Below, piece after piece: positions 22,334 through 33,000 of a stretch of 64,000 nt of DNA. This DNA comes from an uncultured archaeon (GTDB taxonomy: Archaea; Thermoplasmatota; Penumbrarchaeia; JASLWR01), in contig CAYSHM010000014.1 in assembly GCA_964430885.1 (NCBI GenBank), positions 1-64,000 on the forward strand, read 5' to 3'. Position numbers and translations under genes: made by a program. Within the stretch, counting starts at the first letter, position 1, and each line of letters starts with the position of its first letter. The notes under the pieces are model-generated. The model worked only from the letters and a program-made list of their open reading frames with translations, had not been told where the DNA came from and did not search any database.

Positions 22334-23539
22334 TCAGAGAAAATGTTCCGATATCTCCTTGACAATATCCGGATATTTCTCACTTATGGCCTGTATAAGC
22401 TCGAAAGTACCGACTTCCTCCATTTTGGTATGACCTAAAGTATGGATGATATTGTCAAGGACCCTGTCGCTCTGTTTTAAAAACAATTCTTTTGCAAGGT
22501 AATTACGGCACATTTTTTCCTCTAATCGCCCCCTCCAAGCTTCATCATATTCTATTAGAAACTCCTTGGAGGTATCACCTTTTTCTATAGCATTAGCTGC
22601 AGTCATCCCTGCATATCTCGCAGCGATGCAACCATTGGCAACACCGCCTCCAGTTAGAGGATCCACCATCCTTGCGGCGTCCCCAACAACTATTATACCA
22701 TCCTCTACCGTACAGTCCATTGGCAGCGAAACTGAAACCCCGCCTGCAATGGCCTTTAAGTGAGCGGTTCGCCTCAACTTTGGATGATTGGCAATGAATC
22801 TATCCAAATACCTCTTCGGATCACCAGGATTTTCAATACGGTCCAAGAGTAGCCCTAATCCTACGTTTGAAACGCCTTTTCCCTTGGGAAAAATCCAAGC
22901 ATATCCCCCAGGAGCTTGATCGCTACCGCAGTAAAACTCGCAGTAATTGTCGTCGATCTCGGTATTTGCCAAAGTATATTCAAAACATGAACATATGTCC
23001 GTCTTTTTCAACCCGCTGGGCAAACCCATCCATCTGGCAACCCTGGATTCGAAGCCGTCTGCTGCTATAACTACTCTAGCATTTAATTTTCGCTTAATTG
23101 TGCCATTATCGCACACTACCTCTAATGTTCCAGACTCCGCCCTTCTTACGCCCGTCACGCAGACATTTAGTAAAATCTCGGCACCCGCATCAACAGCCAT
23201 CCTTGCAAGCATCCTATCGAAAACATCCCGTCTAACCACCAAACCCACCTCATCACTGACATATTGTCCCTCGATTGTCCAAACATGGCCACTAGGAGAA
23301 ATCAATTTGGCCCCCTTTACTTTATTGCTGATCCAATCTGGACTTTCTATTATCTCTATCTCCTCAAAGAAATCAGGGGCCAATCCTTCCCCACATTGAA
23401 CGGGATGTCCGATCACCGAACCTCTTTCAAGTATAATGACCTTAGATCCACCACGGGATGCAAATCTAGCAGCTACGCACCCCACCGGACCTGCACCTAC
23501 AACTACCACATCATAAATCTCATTCATCAGAACCACCAT
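22334..23539 (-). CDS. Digeranylgeranylglycerophospholipid reductase (geranylgeranyl reductase family); likely start 23527
   Basis: DVVVVGAGPVG, PVQCGEG, ADGFES, PGGYAWIFPKG, GDAARMVDPLTGGG. Confidence 0.88.
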   Translation of the reverse strand: MVVLMNEIYDVVVVGAGPVGCVAARFASRGGSKVIILERGSVIGHPVQCGEGLAPDFFEEIEIIESPDWISNKVKGAKLISPSGHVWTIEGQYVSDEVGLVVRRDVFDRMLARMAVDAGAEILLNVCVTGVRRAESGTLEVVCDNGTIKRKLNARVVIAADGFESRVARWMGLPSGLKKTDICSCFEYTLANTEIDDNYCEFYCGSDQAPGGYAWIFPKGKGVSNVGLGLLLDRIENPGDPKRYLDRFIANHPKLRRTAHLKAIAGGVSVSLPMDCTVEDGIIVVGDAARMVDPLTGGGVANGCIAARYAGMTAANAIEKGDTSKEFLIEYDEAWRGRLEEKMCRNYLAKELFLKQSDRVLDNIIHTLGHTKMEEVGTFELIQAISEKYPDIVKEISEHFL

Positions 23540-23714
23540 CCCATTCCAATGCGCCGACTGGACAAACCATTATACACCTAGCGCATTCAATGCCCTTACA
23601 GAGTAAACAAGACCCTTCATCAAAGAGCAGATCATCCATAAGAGAAATGGCATTGGAGGGACAGGTTCCGACACAAGCTCCGCACCTCATACAAATCCTA
23701 CAATTCACCTTCAT
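23520..23714 (-). CDS. 4Fe-4S ferredoxin (partner of GGR)
   Basis: CMRCGACVGTCP and CLLC....CARCIMVCP; overlaps GGR start. Confidence 0.85.
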   Translation of the reverse strand: MKVNCRICMRCGACVGTCPSNAISLMDDLLFDEGSCLLCKGIECARCIMVCPVGALEWDGGSDE

Positions 23715-23881
23715 TTAAATACCCAGGATGATGAATGAACTTAATTATATAAATAGTAGATTATCAAACTTACTAAAGCTCAATCGTTCCTTATAGTGTT
23801 TTGACAAATTTAAAACCATATGAATCAAAAAAGGAAATGGCTGCATCCTAATAATGATTTAGGCTTCCCGCAATTGCCCGT

Positions 23882-23951
23882 TTGCACACGGAAGTATTAC
23901 GGCGCAGGCTTAAAATTATTGCACCACGGAAATCCTGCAAAAATTATATAT
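23882..23951 (+). promoter_or_regulatory. Imperfect direct repeats followed by BRE/TATA upstream of the RHH gene
   Basis: TTGCACACGGAA (23882-23893) and TTGCACCACGGAA (23919-23931), then AAAAATTATATAT (23939-23951). Confidence 0.4.
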
Positions 23952-24054
23952 AGGTCAATAGTTCTTATCAATAACAGAGGCAGGGGAATTTAACGTTCTT
24001 AATACATCCGTAATAAGAATTGCTTCGAAATGAATTCGGGCTCTTCCTAGGGGG

Positions 24055-24396
24055 TTGAAAATGGAAGACAAAGAGAGAATATCGATATCTATACTTCCTT
24101 CTCAGTTAGATAAACTGAATGCTGAGCAGGATAAAGAAGGAGTTTCATCAAGATCAGATTTGGTACGGAAGATATTTGATGAATACTTCAAGATACATCA
24201 ACCAGATGAGGGCAGAGAACTGGTAATGGTCTATTTGCCCATGGGATTGGTATCGGAAATGAGACTTCTTCTCAATAGAAGGGATCAAACTGGAAAGAAG
24301 AACCCACTGTTCATTGATGAACAGGACATGGTGCTTCATTCTCTAAGACTCCTTTTAAAGGAATACGGATATTACTTGAAAAATGAAACCGGATAA
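24055..24396 (+). CDS. Tandem ribbon-helix-helix (CopG/MetJ-like) DNA-binding protein
   Basis: ERISISI...LDKL...SRSDLVRKIFDEY, then a second strand-helix-helix VMVYLPMGLVSEM...DMVLHSLRLLL. Confidence 0.7.
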   Translation: MKMEDKERISISILPSQLDKLNAEQDKEGVSSRSDLVRKIFDEYFKIHQPDEGRELVMVYLPMGLVSEMRLLLNRRDQTGKKNPLFIDEQDMVLHSLRLLLKEYGYYLKNETG

Positions 24397-24505
24397 CATA
24401 ATCAATTTGAAGCAGTAAAATATTAAAAAAGGATGATTTGATCACGGACGTCAGATCCAACCGCCTCAGATCTAAAGGCATTACCGCCAGAGGGGGCAAT
24501 TAATA

Positions 24506-25654
24506 ATGAAAAAGTGGGTCCGACCAAATTCGAGGTTAGAGAATTTCTACAGCAATTATGATAATTTTATTCCGTCAGACGAGTTTTACAGGATGTACAA
24601 TCTCGCAAGAACCGGAATAAAATGCAGGGATTTTGAAAATGGCGCCGAAGTTGCATCACTTACCGTACCCTTATCAACAATTTTCGATCATGGTGGGTTG
24701 ATGTCTTTGAGCTCTTCCTCTAGATCATTCAAAAAATGTTTTGTCATAGGTAAAAAGGACCCTCGGATATCAGATATCCCCTGTGAAAGCAATTGGTCAA
24801 AGATAATGCTTGCCTCCGGACTTGTTGGTTATGATGGAGGAGGTGCATTGGTCGATGGAAAGATAAAATGCATAGGCAATATGATAACCCCCGGAAGAAA
24901 ATACATACTCAAAGCCCTCAAACAATTGGAATATAGAAGGGGGGCCCATACAAGGCATACCTCCGCAATGGCTTATTCTAAGAGATATAGAAACAATATA
25001 GTAATGATAACCTCCCACCACGGACGATGCTGTATCCTATTGGACGGTAGGATCATCGGACAAATAATGGGTTTCAACGGACTAGGACGAAAGGCTTTCG
25101 TCAAACCCTGCAATTCATTACACTTTCCAAAATTCGATGATGAATCTGAAAATAATAACAAGATGAAACTCGACCCCTCCCTAAAAGATCTTATTGAGAG
25201 AGCCCACGGTATTGAAGACATCTTCGAAATAGCTTTGGGAAAGGTGAATATGGAACAGAATTCCATGATTAGAAGAAGAAGCACCATGGTAAATATTATC
25301 CAATCAAGATATTCATCCAATAATCTGAGAAAATGGATCGGTTTTTTCGGTTCAGAAAAACCAAATATTGATGAGCCAAAGATCCAAAACGCGGGTTTTT
25401 ACGAAGGTGCAGTACCATATAGGTCCATGACCAATAATTTCATCAACCATGTTCAGCCTTATATTCAAATGAATATGAGTGAAAAGAAAAAGATGGAAAT
25501 GGTAATTGACCTGAGGGATAAGCAAACCCGGTTGGACCACAAGGAATTCCAAGGTACAAGAACCAAAACCTGTGTAAAAAGACCCACGGCAAAGGAATGT
25601 ATCCTGAATGCTTTCAAAAAGAAGAAGAAATACCGGTCTCTTGACGATTACTGA
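24506..25654 (+). CDS. Protein with a divergent DisA_N/DAC (diadenylate cyclase-like) domain and unknown C-terminal region
   Basis: YDGGGALVDGKI (cf. DGA), GAHTRHTSAMAYS (cf. GxRHRAA), IVMITSHHGRCCILLDG (cf. VVSEExGxISxxxxG). Confidence 0.6.
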   Translation: MKKWVRPNSRLENFYSNYDNFIPSDEFYRMYNLARTGIKCRDFENGAEVASLTVPLSTIFDHGGLMSLSSSSRSFKKCFVIGKKDPRISDIPCESNWSKIMLASGLVGYDGGGALVDGKIKCIGNMITPGRKYILKALKQLEYRRGAHTRHTSAMAYSKRYRNNIVMITSHHGRCCILLDGRIIGQIMGFNGLGRKAFVKPCNSLHFPKFDDESENNNKMKLDPSLKDLIERAHGIEDIFEIALGKVNMEQNSMIRRRSTMVNIIQSRYSSNNLRKWIGFFGSEKPNIDEPKIQNAGFYEGAVPYRSMTNNFINHVQPYIQMNMSEKKKMEMVIDLRDKQTRLDHKEFQGTRTKTCVKRPTAKECILNAFKKKKKYRSLDDY

Positions 25655-25719
25655 TATTTCGATTTAGGATTTCAATTTTTCCAACACCTATTTTTATTAC
25701 TCTTGACCCCAATACACAA

Positions 25720-27039
25720 TTGGTTAAAATATCACTCAGGGGCAGCGACATGGATATTAGAGAATTCTTTGATTCATTGAACGGAAAAAAAATAATTGAA
25801 GAAGCAATAACGGAAAACCATGAACTTGTTAAAGGTATCGTCACCTCCCTTGGTAAACCTGTTCTCATAAAGGATTACAATGGAAAATCCGTCATTTCCA
25901 ACATATACGGAGACCGGAAATCCCTTTCCGAAAGGTTCAACTTGCACCCCCGGGAACTGCTTGGTTCCATAGCAGATGCCATCAATAACCCCTGTCAACC
26001 TCTTCTAGTTGATGATGCACCTTTCCTATCCAATTGCGTGGAAGATGTGGACCTATATGACCTCCCAATACCCCGCTTCTACAGCTGTACAACTGCACCC
26101 TATATTACTTCCTCAATATTCGTTTCTCCCGGTGATGAATCAAATCTATCCTATCATCGAATAATGATACTGTCAAAAAACAGGTGCACCGTAAGGCTGT
26201 GCAAAAGAGATCTGCACAGTCTATATGAAAGGGAAATAGAAACACACGGATACCTTCCTGTTGCCATATCAATAGGAGTTCCCCCTGAAGTAGCAATAGC
26301 GGCTGCGATCAGTGTAAACCCGGAAATCGATGAGTACAACATTGCCAGCGCTTTATCGAGAGGACCTGAAGGAAATGAGCCCCAATTGGAACTATACAGA
26401 CTTGAGAACGGGTGCAGAGTACCTGTAGCCTCGGAGTACGTGCTATGCGGCAGATTATTGAATGAAAGGGATGAAGAGGGTCCCTTTGTGGATATCACCG
26501 GAACCCTGGATGGAATCAGGCAGCAACCAGTTTTGATTATTGATAAGATATTTCACAGGGATTCGCCAATATTTCATGCCATTATTCCTGCAGGGCTTGA
26601 GCATTATCTGCTGATGGGTATGCCTAGAGAAGCTAGAATATTCGAGGTTCTGAGGAACAATAATATCGATGTTAAAGATATCCGTCTGAGCCCTGGTGGG
26701 AGTTCCTGGCTCCATGGGATAGTATGCATCAGCAAAAAAAATGATAATGATGGATTAATCGCAGGAGAACTAGCACTCAAGGCACACTCCTCAATGAAAC
26801 ATGTCTATGTGGTCGATGAGGACATTGATATTTTCAACTCGGAAAAAGTGGAGTGGGCAATGGCTACCAGGTTCCAGGGAAATCGGGATATGATTGTTAA
26901 TGAGAATGAACCAGGTTCATCTTTGGACCCCTCCAACTACCATGGGAATGTGACCACAAAAATTGTATTTGATGCCACAATGCCACTCATCGGAAGAGAA
27001 AAATATAGAGATGTAAAAACCGAATGTTCAAATGGATGA
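25720..27039 (+). CDS. UbiD-family prFMN decarboxylase, probably anhydromevalonate phosphate decarboxylase; likely start 25750
   Basis: NLSYHR, EEGPFVDITGT, GLEHYLLMGMPRE, GGSSWLHG, VVDEDIDI, VEWAMATRFQ, GSSLDPS. Confidence 0.85.
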   Translation: MVKISLRGSDMDIREFFDSLNGKKIIEEAITENHELVKGIVTSLGKPVLIKDYNGKSVISNIYGDRKSLSERFNLHPRELLGSIADAINNPCQPLLVDDAPFLSNCVEDVDLYDLPIPRFYSCTTAPYITSSIFVSPGDESNLSYHRIMILSKNRCTVRLCKRDLHSLYEREIETHGYLPVAISIGVPPEVAIAAAISVNPEIDEYNIASALSRGPEGNEPQLELYRLENGCRVPVASEYVLCGRLLNERDEEGPFVDITGTLDGIRQQPVLIIDKIFHRDSPIFHAIIPAGLEHYLLMGMPREARIFEVLRNNNIDVKDIRLSPGGSSWLHGIVCISKKNDNDGLIAGELALKAHSSMKHVYVVDEDIDIFNSEKVEWAMATRFQGNRDMIVNENEPGSSLDPSNYHGNVTTKIVFDATMPLIGREKYRDVKTECSNG

Positions 27040-27100
27040 TCGGTTTCCTGTTTGCCCAGTGACAATGTGTTTGAAATAATGGATAATCTTCAGAACTTAA

Positions 27101-27541
27101 TCAGCCCTCTAGAAATTCTTTGAACTTGTGCAGTATCTCCTCTCTGAAGGTGTGCTCTTCCTGAATATACTTTACCTCTTCAAGGTCAATATTTAGCTCA
27201 ATAATCTCACCGATCTTTGCAATATTCTCAATAGGTATAGAATATAGTTTATCCTCTGCTTTTACCAGAAAGAAATCAATAACACATTCCGCCTCCATAA
27301 CATCATAAACTTCTCCGATATCCACCCCTTCCTTATCGAGAACCATCACATCCTTCAGAAGTGTATGAATGCTGGCATCCAGTGTTGCTTTACCGTCAAC
27401 CACTACAACCAATGAAACATCCAACAAAAATGAACCGAACAATCCTTCGGACATCTCAAAAAAACCATCTTTCAAACCTACTATCTCACCTATCTCCACA
27501 CCGCTCGGGTCCAGAACATAATTGCCTATCATTTCCTGCAT
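27101..27541 (-). CDS. Tandem PRC-barrel domain protein
   Basis: Two copies of V.D..G..IG.(I/V): IGNYVLDPSGVEIGEI and VMVLDKEGVDIGEVYDV...IPIENIAKIGEIIEL. Confidence 0.7.
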   Translation of the reverse strand: MQEMIGNYVLDPSGVEIGEIVGLKDGFFEMSEGLFGSFLLDVSLVVVVDGKATLDASIHTLLKDVMVLDKEGVDIGEVYDVMEAECVIDFFLVKAEDKLYSIPIENIAKIGEIIELNIDLEEVKYIQEEHTFREEILHKFKEFLEG

Positions 27542-27906
27542 GATCTATTCACCTTATCAAGTAATCTATTCAAAATGCTGAATATGATATTAATCCATAT
27601 ATTTCATGGAACAAGATGTCATCTTAATTATTTATTCCCTTCGTGTATAATGTATAAAATATTTTCATATACATATCAGCCCTAAATAATATGGCTTTAA
27701 AAAACGGTAATTTCAGGAAGCGTCTGATAAATTCATAATATCTCCTTTCAATACAATAATCTCCAAAACCTTTTAAGTGATATTTACCTTATGTTAAGGA
27801 TGAATCTTTAGCAATAAGCATTCAATCAAATATTTTAAAAACCATGTAAATGTGACCCCTGATTCGGATTGAAATTTTATCAATTCATATCCGAATATAG
27901 AGATCG

Positions 27907-29871
27907 GTGAATGATATGGAAAACGAAACCGAACTGGACCAGTGGTTGTCCAAGAAGAAATTCAAGACTACCAAGGACCTGAAAACCCCTAAGCGATTGA
28001 TGGACCAAGTCATAGGACAGGACGAGGCAGTGACTGTCGCAAAAAAAGCGGCGCTCCAGCGCAGACATATGGTACTTTTAGGGCCCCCCGGAACAGGTAA
28101 ATCAATGATAGCGAATGCCATGGTCGAACTGCTCCCTCAAGATGAACTTGAGGATTTCATAGTATATCCAAATGAGGAAGATCCCAATAAACCCAAGATC
28201 AGGGTAGTTCCGTCAGGAAAGGGAAAGATCATTGTTGATATGCAGAAGGCGGAGGCCAGGGAAAGAAAGAAGCAGAAGAACAAAGCAAAAATGATGATCA
28301 TCTTCGGAGTTGTGGCAATAGCCCTCATGGCATTCCTTTTCTACAGGGAACCCATGATACTCTTCTTCGGACTGATTGCAGCTGCAATGATATACATGGC
28401 CATGAGAGGTGTTGGCCCCCAAAGAGATGAAGATGACACGGTGCCAAAACTTCTGTTATCACAGAAAAACAAGGTTTCGGATAGATTCGTTGATGCAACT
28501 GGTGCCCATGCAGGAGCTTTATTGGGAGATGTGAAGCATGACCCATTCCAATCTGGCGGTCTGGAAACACCTGCCCATGAGAGGGTGGAGATCGGAGCCA
28601 TACATCAGGCACATAGGGGTGTTCTTTTCATTGATGAACTCAATCTCCTGAAAATGGAATCCCAACACAGCCTTCTAACAGCCCTCCAGGAAAAACAATT
28701 CTCAATCACCGGTCAAAGCGAAAGAAGCTCCGGTGCCATGGTTAAAACCGAAAAGGTTCCGTGTGATTTTATATTCATTGGTGCAGGCAATCTGGACTCC
28801 ATTCGATCGGTTCATCCGGCCCTACGTTCCAGAATCAGGGGATACGGATACGAGGTATATATCAATTCCACCATGAAGGACACCAACGAGAACCGAAATA
28901 AGATCATTCGATTCATAACTCAAGAAGTTAAAAAGGATAGGAATATTCCTCATTTCACCAAAGAAGCGGTTGGTGAAATATTGCTTGAAGCACAGAGAAG
29001 GTCCGGAAGACGCGGAAGGTTGACCCTCCGTTTGCGGGAACTGGGTGGGCTGGTAAGGGTTGCAGGTGATATTGCCATAGAGGAGAAGGCCAAATATGTT
29101 AATCTGGACCATGTGCTGAAGGCAAAAATGATCGCCCGGCCTCTTGAGCAGCAGGTAGCAGATAAGGTTATAGAGCATAAGAAAGACTATGATACATTCT
29201 CCGTCATAGGCAGCAGGATCGGATGCGTCAATGGTCTGGGCGTGATTGGAGCTGAGGATATGGGCATCACCGATTATTCCGGTGTGATAACCAATATTGC
29301 TGCAGAGATCACCCCGGCAGCTTCAAGAAATGAGGGACGGGTGATCGCTACTGGAAAACTAGGCGAGATAGCAAAGGAAGCGGTTAAGAATATTTCCGCA
29401 TTGATCAAGAAGCACACAGGGAAGGACATATCCGATATCGATGTCCACATCCAGTTCATTGGAACATATGAAGGAGTCGAGGGCGATTCAGCATCAATAT
29501 CAATCGCCACTGCAGTTGTTTCGGCCCTGGAAAATGTTCCGGTGGATCAATCAGTGGCCATGACCGGTTCCCTGAGTGTTAGAGGCGATGTTCTGCCTGT
29601 GGGTGGAGTTACTCCCAAGATAGAAGCGGCCATCAAAGCCGGTATAAAGAAAGTACTGATCCCCAGAGCAAATTCACAGGATGTGCTTATCGAAAAACGA
29701 TATAGGGAAAAGGCCACCATAATCCCGGTTTCCACCTTGGAAGAAGTACTGGAAAATGCTTTTGTTAGAGAGAAAAAGGGTTTGATCGATAAAGTGTCTG
29801 AAGTCGTGACAAAAACGGTGCCCTCAAAAATGATAAGCGGTCCAGTAGCCGGAGAACAATCTCCGGCATGA
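27907..29871 (+). CDS. lonB: Archaeal membrane-bound ATP-dependent Lon protease
   Basis: [15 protein letters not shown], two TM helices inside the AAA domain, LFIDE, GDSAS (catalytic Ser), PVGGVTPK (catalytic Lys). Confidence 0.95.
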   Translation: MNDMENETELDQWLSKKKFKTTKDLKTPKRLMDQVIGQDEAVTVAKKAALQRRHMVLLGPPGTGKSMIANAMVELLPQDELEDFIVYPNEEDPNKPKIRVVPSGKGKIIVDMQKAEARERKKQKNKAKMMIIFGVVAIALMAFLFYREPMILFFGLIAAAMIYMAMRGVGPQRDEDDTVPKLLLSQKNKVSDRFVDATGAHAGALLGDVKHDPFQSGGLETPAHERVEIGAIHQAHRGVLFIDELNLLKMESQHSLLTALQEKQFSITGQSERSSGAMVKTEKVPCDFIFIGAGNLDSIRSVHPALRSRIRGYGYEVYINSTMKDTNENRNKIIRFITQEVKKDRNIPHFTKEAVGEILLEAQRRSGRRGRLTLRLRELGGLVRVAGDIAIEEKAKYVNLDHVLKAKMIARPLEQQVADKVIEHKKDYDTFSVIGSRIGCVNGLGVIGAEDMGITDYSGVITNIAAEITPAASRNEGRVIATGKLGEIAKEAVKNISALIKKHTGKDISDIDVHIQFIGTYEGVEGDSASISIATAVVSALENVPVDQSVAMTGSLSVRGDVLPVGGVTPKIEAAIKAGIKKVLIPRANSQDVLIEKRYREKATIIPVSTLEEVLENAFVREKKGLIDKVSEVVTKTVPSKMISGPVAGEQSPA

Positions 29872-30021
29872 ACATTCCAGCTCCATAATCTATTGATGCA
29901 ATGTTATTCCTTTGGAATAAGAGATTTATATAATAAAACTATATATACCTTCACTATTCAATAGGACTTAGTACCAGTTCTTATTTATCACTGAAAAAAA
30001 AACATCTTGGGATGATTAAAT

Positions 30022-33000
30022 ATGTTACGGAAAGTAAAACCCTCCATTTCACTTCTGACTGCACTTCTTCTCTTTTTTCCTACAATGCTTACGGTAATCT
30101 CAACTACAGAATTTCAAGAAGAATTCGATAAGAATACCGATTCCATGACAATTACCTTCTCGGAACCTGGCGAAGAGATTATAGACATGTCCATATATTC
30201 CAATTCAACTTACGATTATTACACATTCAGTGTACATGGTGCCCAGTACAATGGTCAATTCCCATCGAATATATCTATTGACATCGGCAACGACGGTAGT
30301 TGGGAATGGAACTATGGAAAGGTTTTAGGGAACCTTCACCAGTTGGATTCTGGGTTAGATAGGTATACCTATGATTTCAGTGATGATATTAAACACCAAA
30401 ATGATCAGTCAATTTCTATTCCTTTGGATGCGGACATCAGCTCAGCAAGCCTAACCCTATCCCCAAAGGTAACCACTACAGAAACCATGTTCATTGACAT
30501 AGGCCAATATAGGTCCATGGCCAGCACTGACGAAGAATTGTGGATAACTGCAGAAAACGGAGGTTTGATCAAGAGAGATATCATTTCGGGATACCAGCAA
30601 GTGTTCACAAATGAAGATGGCCTGAACAATTCTGACATATCCTCAGTTGCTATGGACTCGGATTATGTCTATATTGGGTCCAGAACTAGCGGGGTATCCA
30701 TTTATGACCGGGAGGCCGATGATTTTTCTGAGTACCGATGGAATTCAGAAAATGATCTGGAATCGGATGTTATCCGTCATTTATATTCCAATGATGATAA
30801 GGTATTCATTGTTACTGATCTTGCAGTTCAGGTTTTTGACAAGTATGGTGAATTCGGTTCGTTCACTGAGAAATGGGATACCGGCAATGGACCTGATGAT
30901 GAATTAATAAATCTGAATATAAGGGATATTGAAACTACCGCTACCAAGATATATTTTGGCAGTATTTCAGGTCTTTCAATATATGATAGAAATACTGGTT
31001 TATGGGACTATCTCAAAGTCCAAAATGGATTGAACTCCAATAACATCACTGATATGGTGAGAGATGGAGACCTGCTCTATATTGCAACTGATAATGGTAT
31101 TAGCTGTTATGACTCAATAAATAAAGAAATTCTCTGGAAGAGTAAATCCCAGGAACTTACCGGAAAGATTGTCAAAGGACTTACCATTAATGATCAATCC
31201 TTGTTTGCATTGGTGGTTTCTACTGAATACAGCGGAAAGGATGCCATTTGTTCCTTGAACAAAAGCAATGGTAAAAGAAATGGCAACATTTGGTTCAGCG
31301 GAAATTCCATTTTGGAAGGAGAAATTATCTATGAAATAAATTATCACATGGATCACCTATTCATTACAACTCCAACGGGTTTCTTTGATATGGAATTCCC
31401 ATTCGAGACATTGATGAAAATAAGCACAACCAATAATCAACCTCCATCTAATAATATCAGGGATTTCCTATATGATTTCAATGAAGAAATCCTATACGTG
31501 TCAACGGATTCTGGTGTGGGAAGATACGACCCTAATCAAAACAGGTTTTTAAATCCTTGGAATAAAATTGGCGGTCTCCCAAGTGATGACGTATATGAAT
31601 TGGAACTCATTGATGATGTGATTTATATCCAAACCAAGAGTTACGGTGTTGCCAGATGGAACATGGAGGAGAAAATTTGGCTTGAACCACTTGATAGATT
31701 CTCGGGATTGCTATCATCCAGTATATCATCAATAAAAAGCCATGGTCATATGCTCTACATATCCAGCAATAAGGGGGTTGATGCTTACAATACTTCTTCA
31801 AATAGAATTCAATCCTCATGGGACGCAAGAAATTATTTCAACACCACTACTAGTGATGGGCTCCAGATAAATGAAATATCCGCTGACAGCCAACGAGTGT
31901 TTTTTGCACTTTCTCCAGTATATTCCAATATTGGAGAAATGGAATCTGACGGTGGTTTATGGATTTATGATAAAAATGAACACGATTGGCAGCATTTCAG
32001 TAATTCAAGCGGAGTCAATATGACAAATTTATCATCCAGCTATCTGAAGAGCATATCCCACAGCGGTAATCATTTATTCTTAGGAACCGATAACGGAATA
32101 AATATATTCGATGTGGAGACCAGTGAAGTTACTATCATTGATAAATCAACAAACAATGAATTCATGGGTCAAGAGATACGAGACCTATATTATGACGATA
32201 CGGAGGAACCAAAGTTATACATCTCTATAGGCCCCATCATTAACAACACTGATATGAGTGAGCTGGGCGGCGGACTGATCGTAATGGACCCCGATACCGG
32301 TTCAATACTTGATTACTTCAATATTACTAATACAGATTCTTACATGAATACACTGGACATCCAGTCAATAGAAAGGGTTTCAGATATGCTTTATTTGGGC
32401 TCTTATGTTAAAGGAATTTTAAGATTGGATTTGACAACTCTTGAATTTCTAGATCCTACACCTACAATAGGGGAAAAACAATATCCCCAGGGAGTGAGGT
32501 TGGATCTTGGGGATGACGGAATTACCGAAACTGAGATAAATGTATTTAAAAAACCTGTTGATATTGATATCACGGATGATCTCAATGAGATTCTCGAATT
32601 CAGTTCAAATATCTACCAGGATAATAGCGGGATCGAAAACGCCCTTATTCCAATCAACATATCCCTTAATCCGATGAGTGCTGGGGCAATAATTCTATCC
32701 TACATTAACATTAAATTCAACCATTATTACTCAATTCCAGACATCTCAGAATCTATCAATTCATACCTAGAGAATATCAATCAAACAAATCTAACCCAAG
32801 GTGAATCTATTGACCGCGTTCCAATCCGAGTCAAATCAGACACTAGCGGTAAATTGGTATTATCCCAGCCAACCATTATCTTTAAATTCTCCAATCCGCC
32901 CTTGATAAATATTATATCGCCCTTACCCAAGGACCTAGGGACATATTACTGGGATACAGTACCTATCACATTTGACGCATCAGGCACATATGATCCGGAT

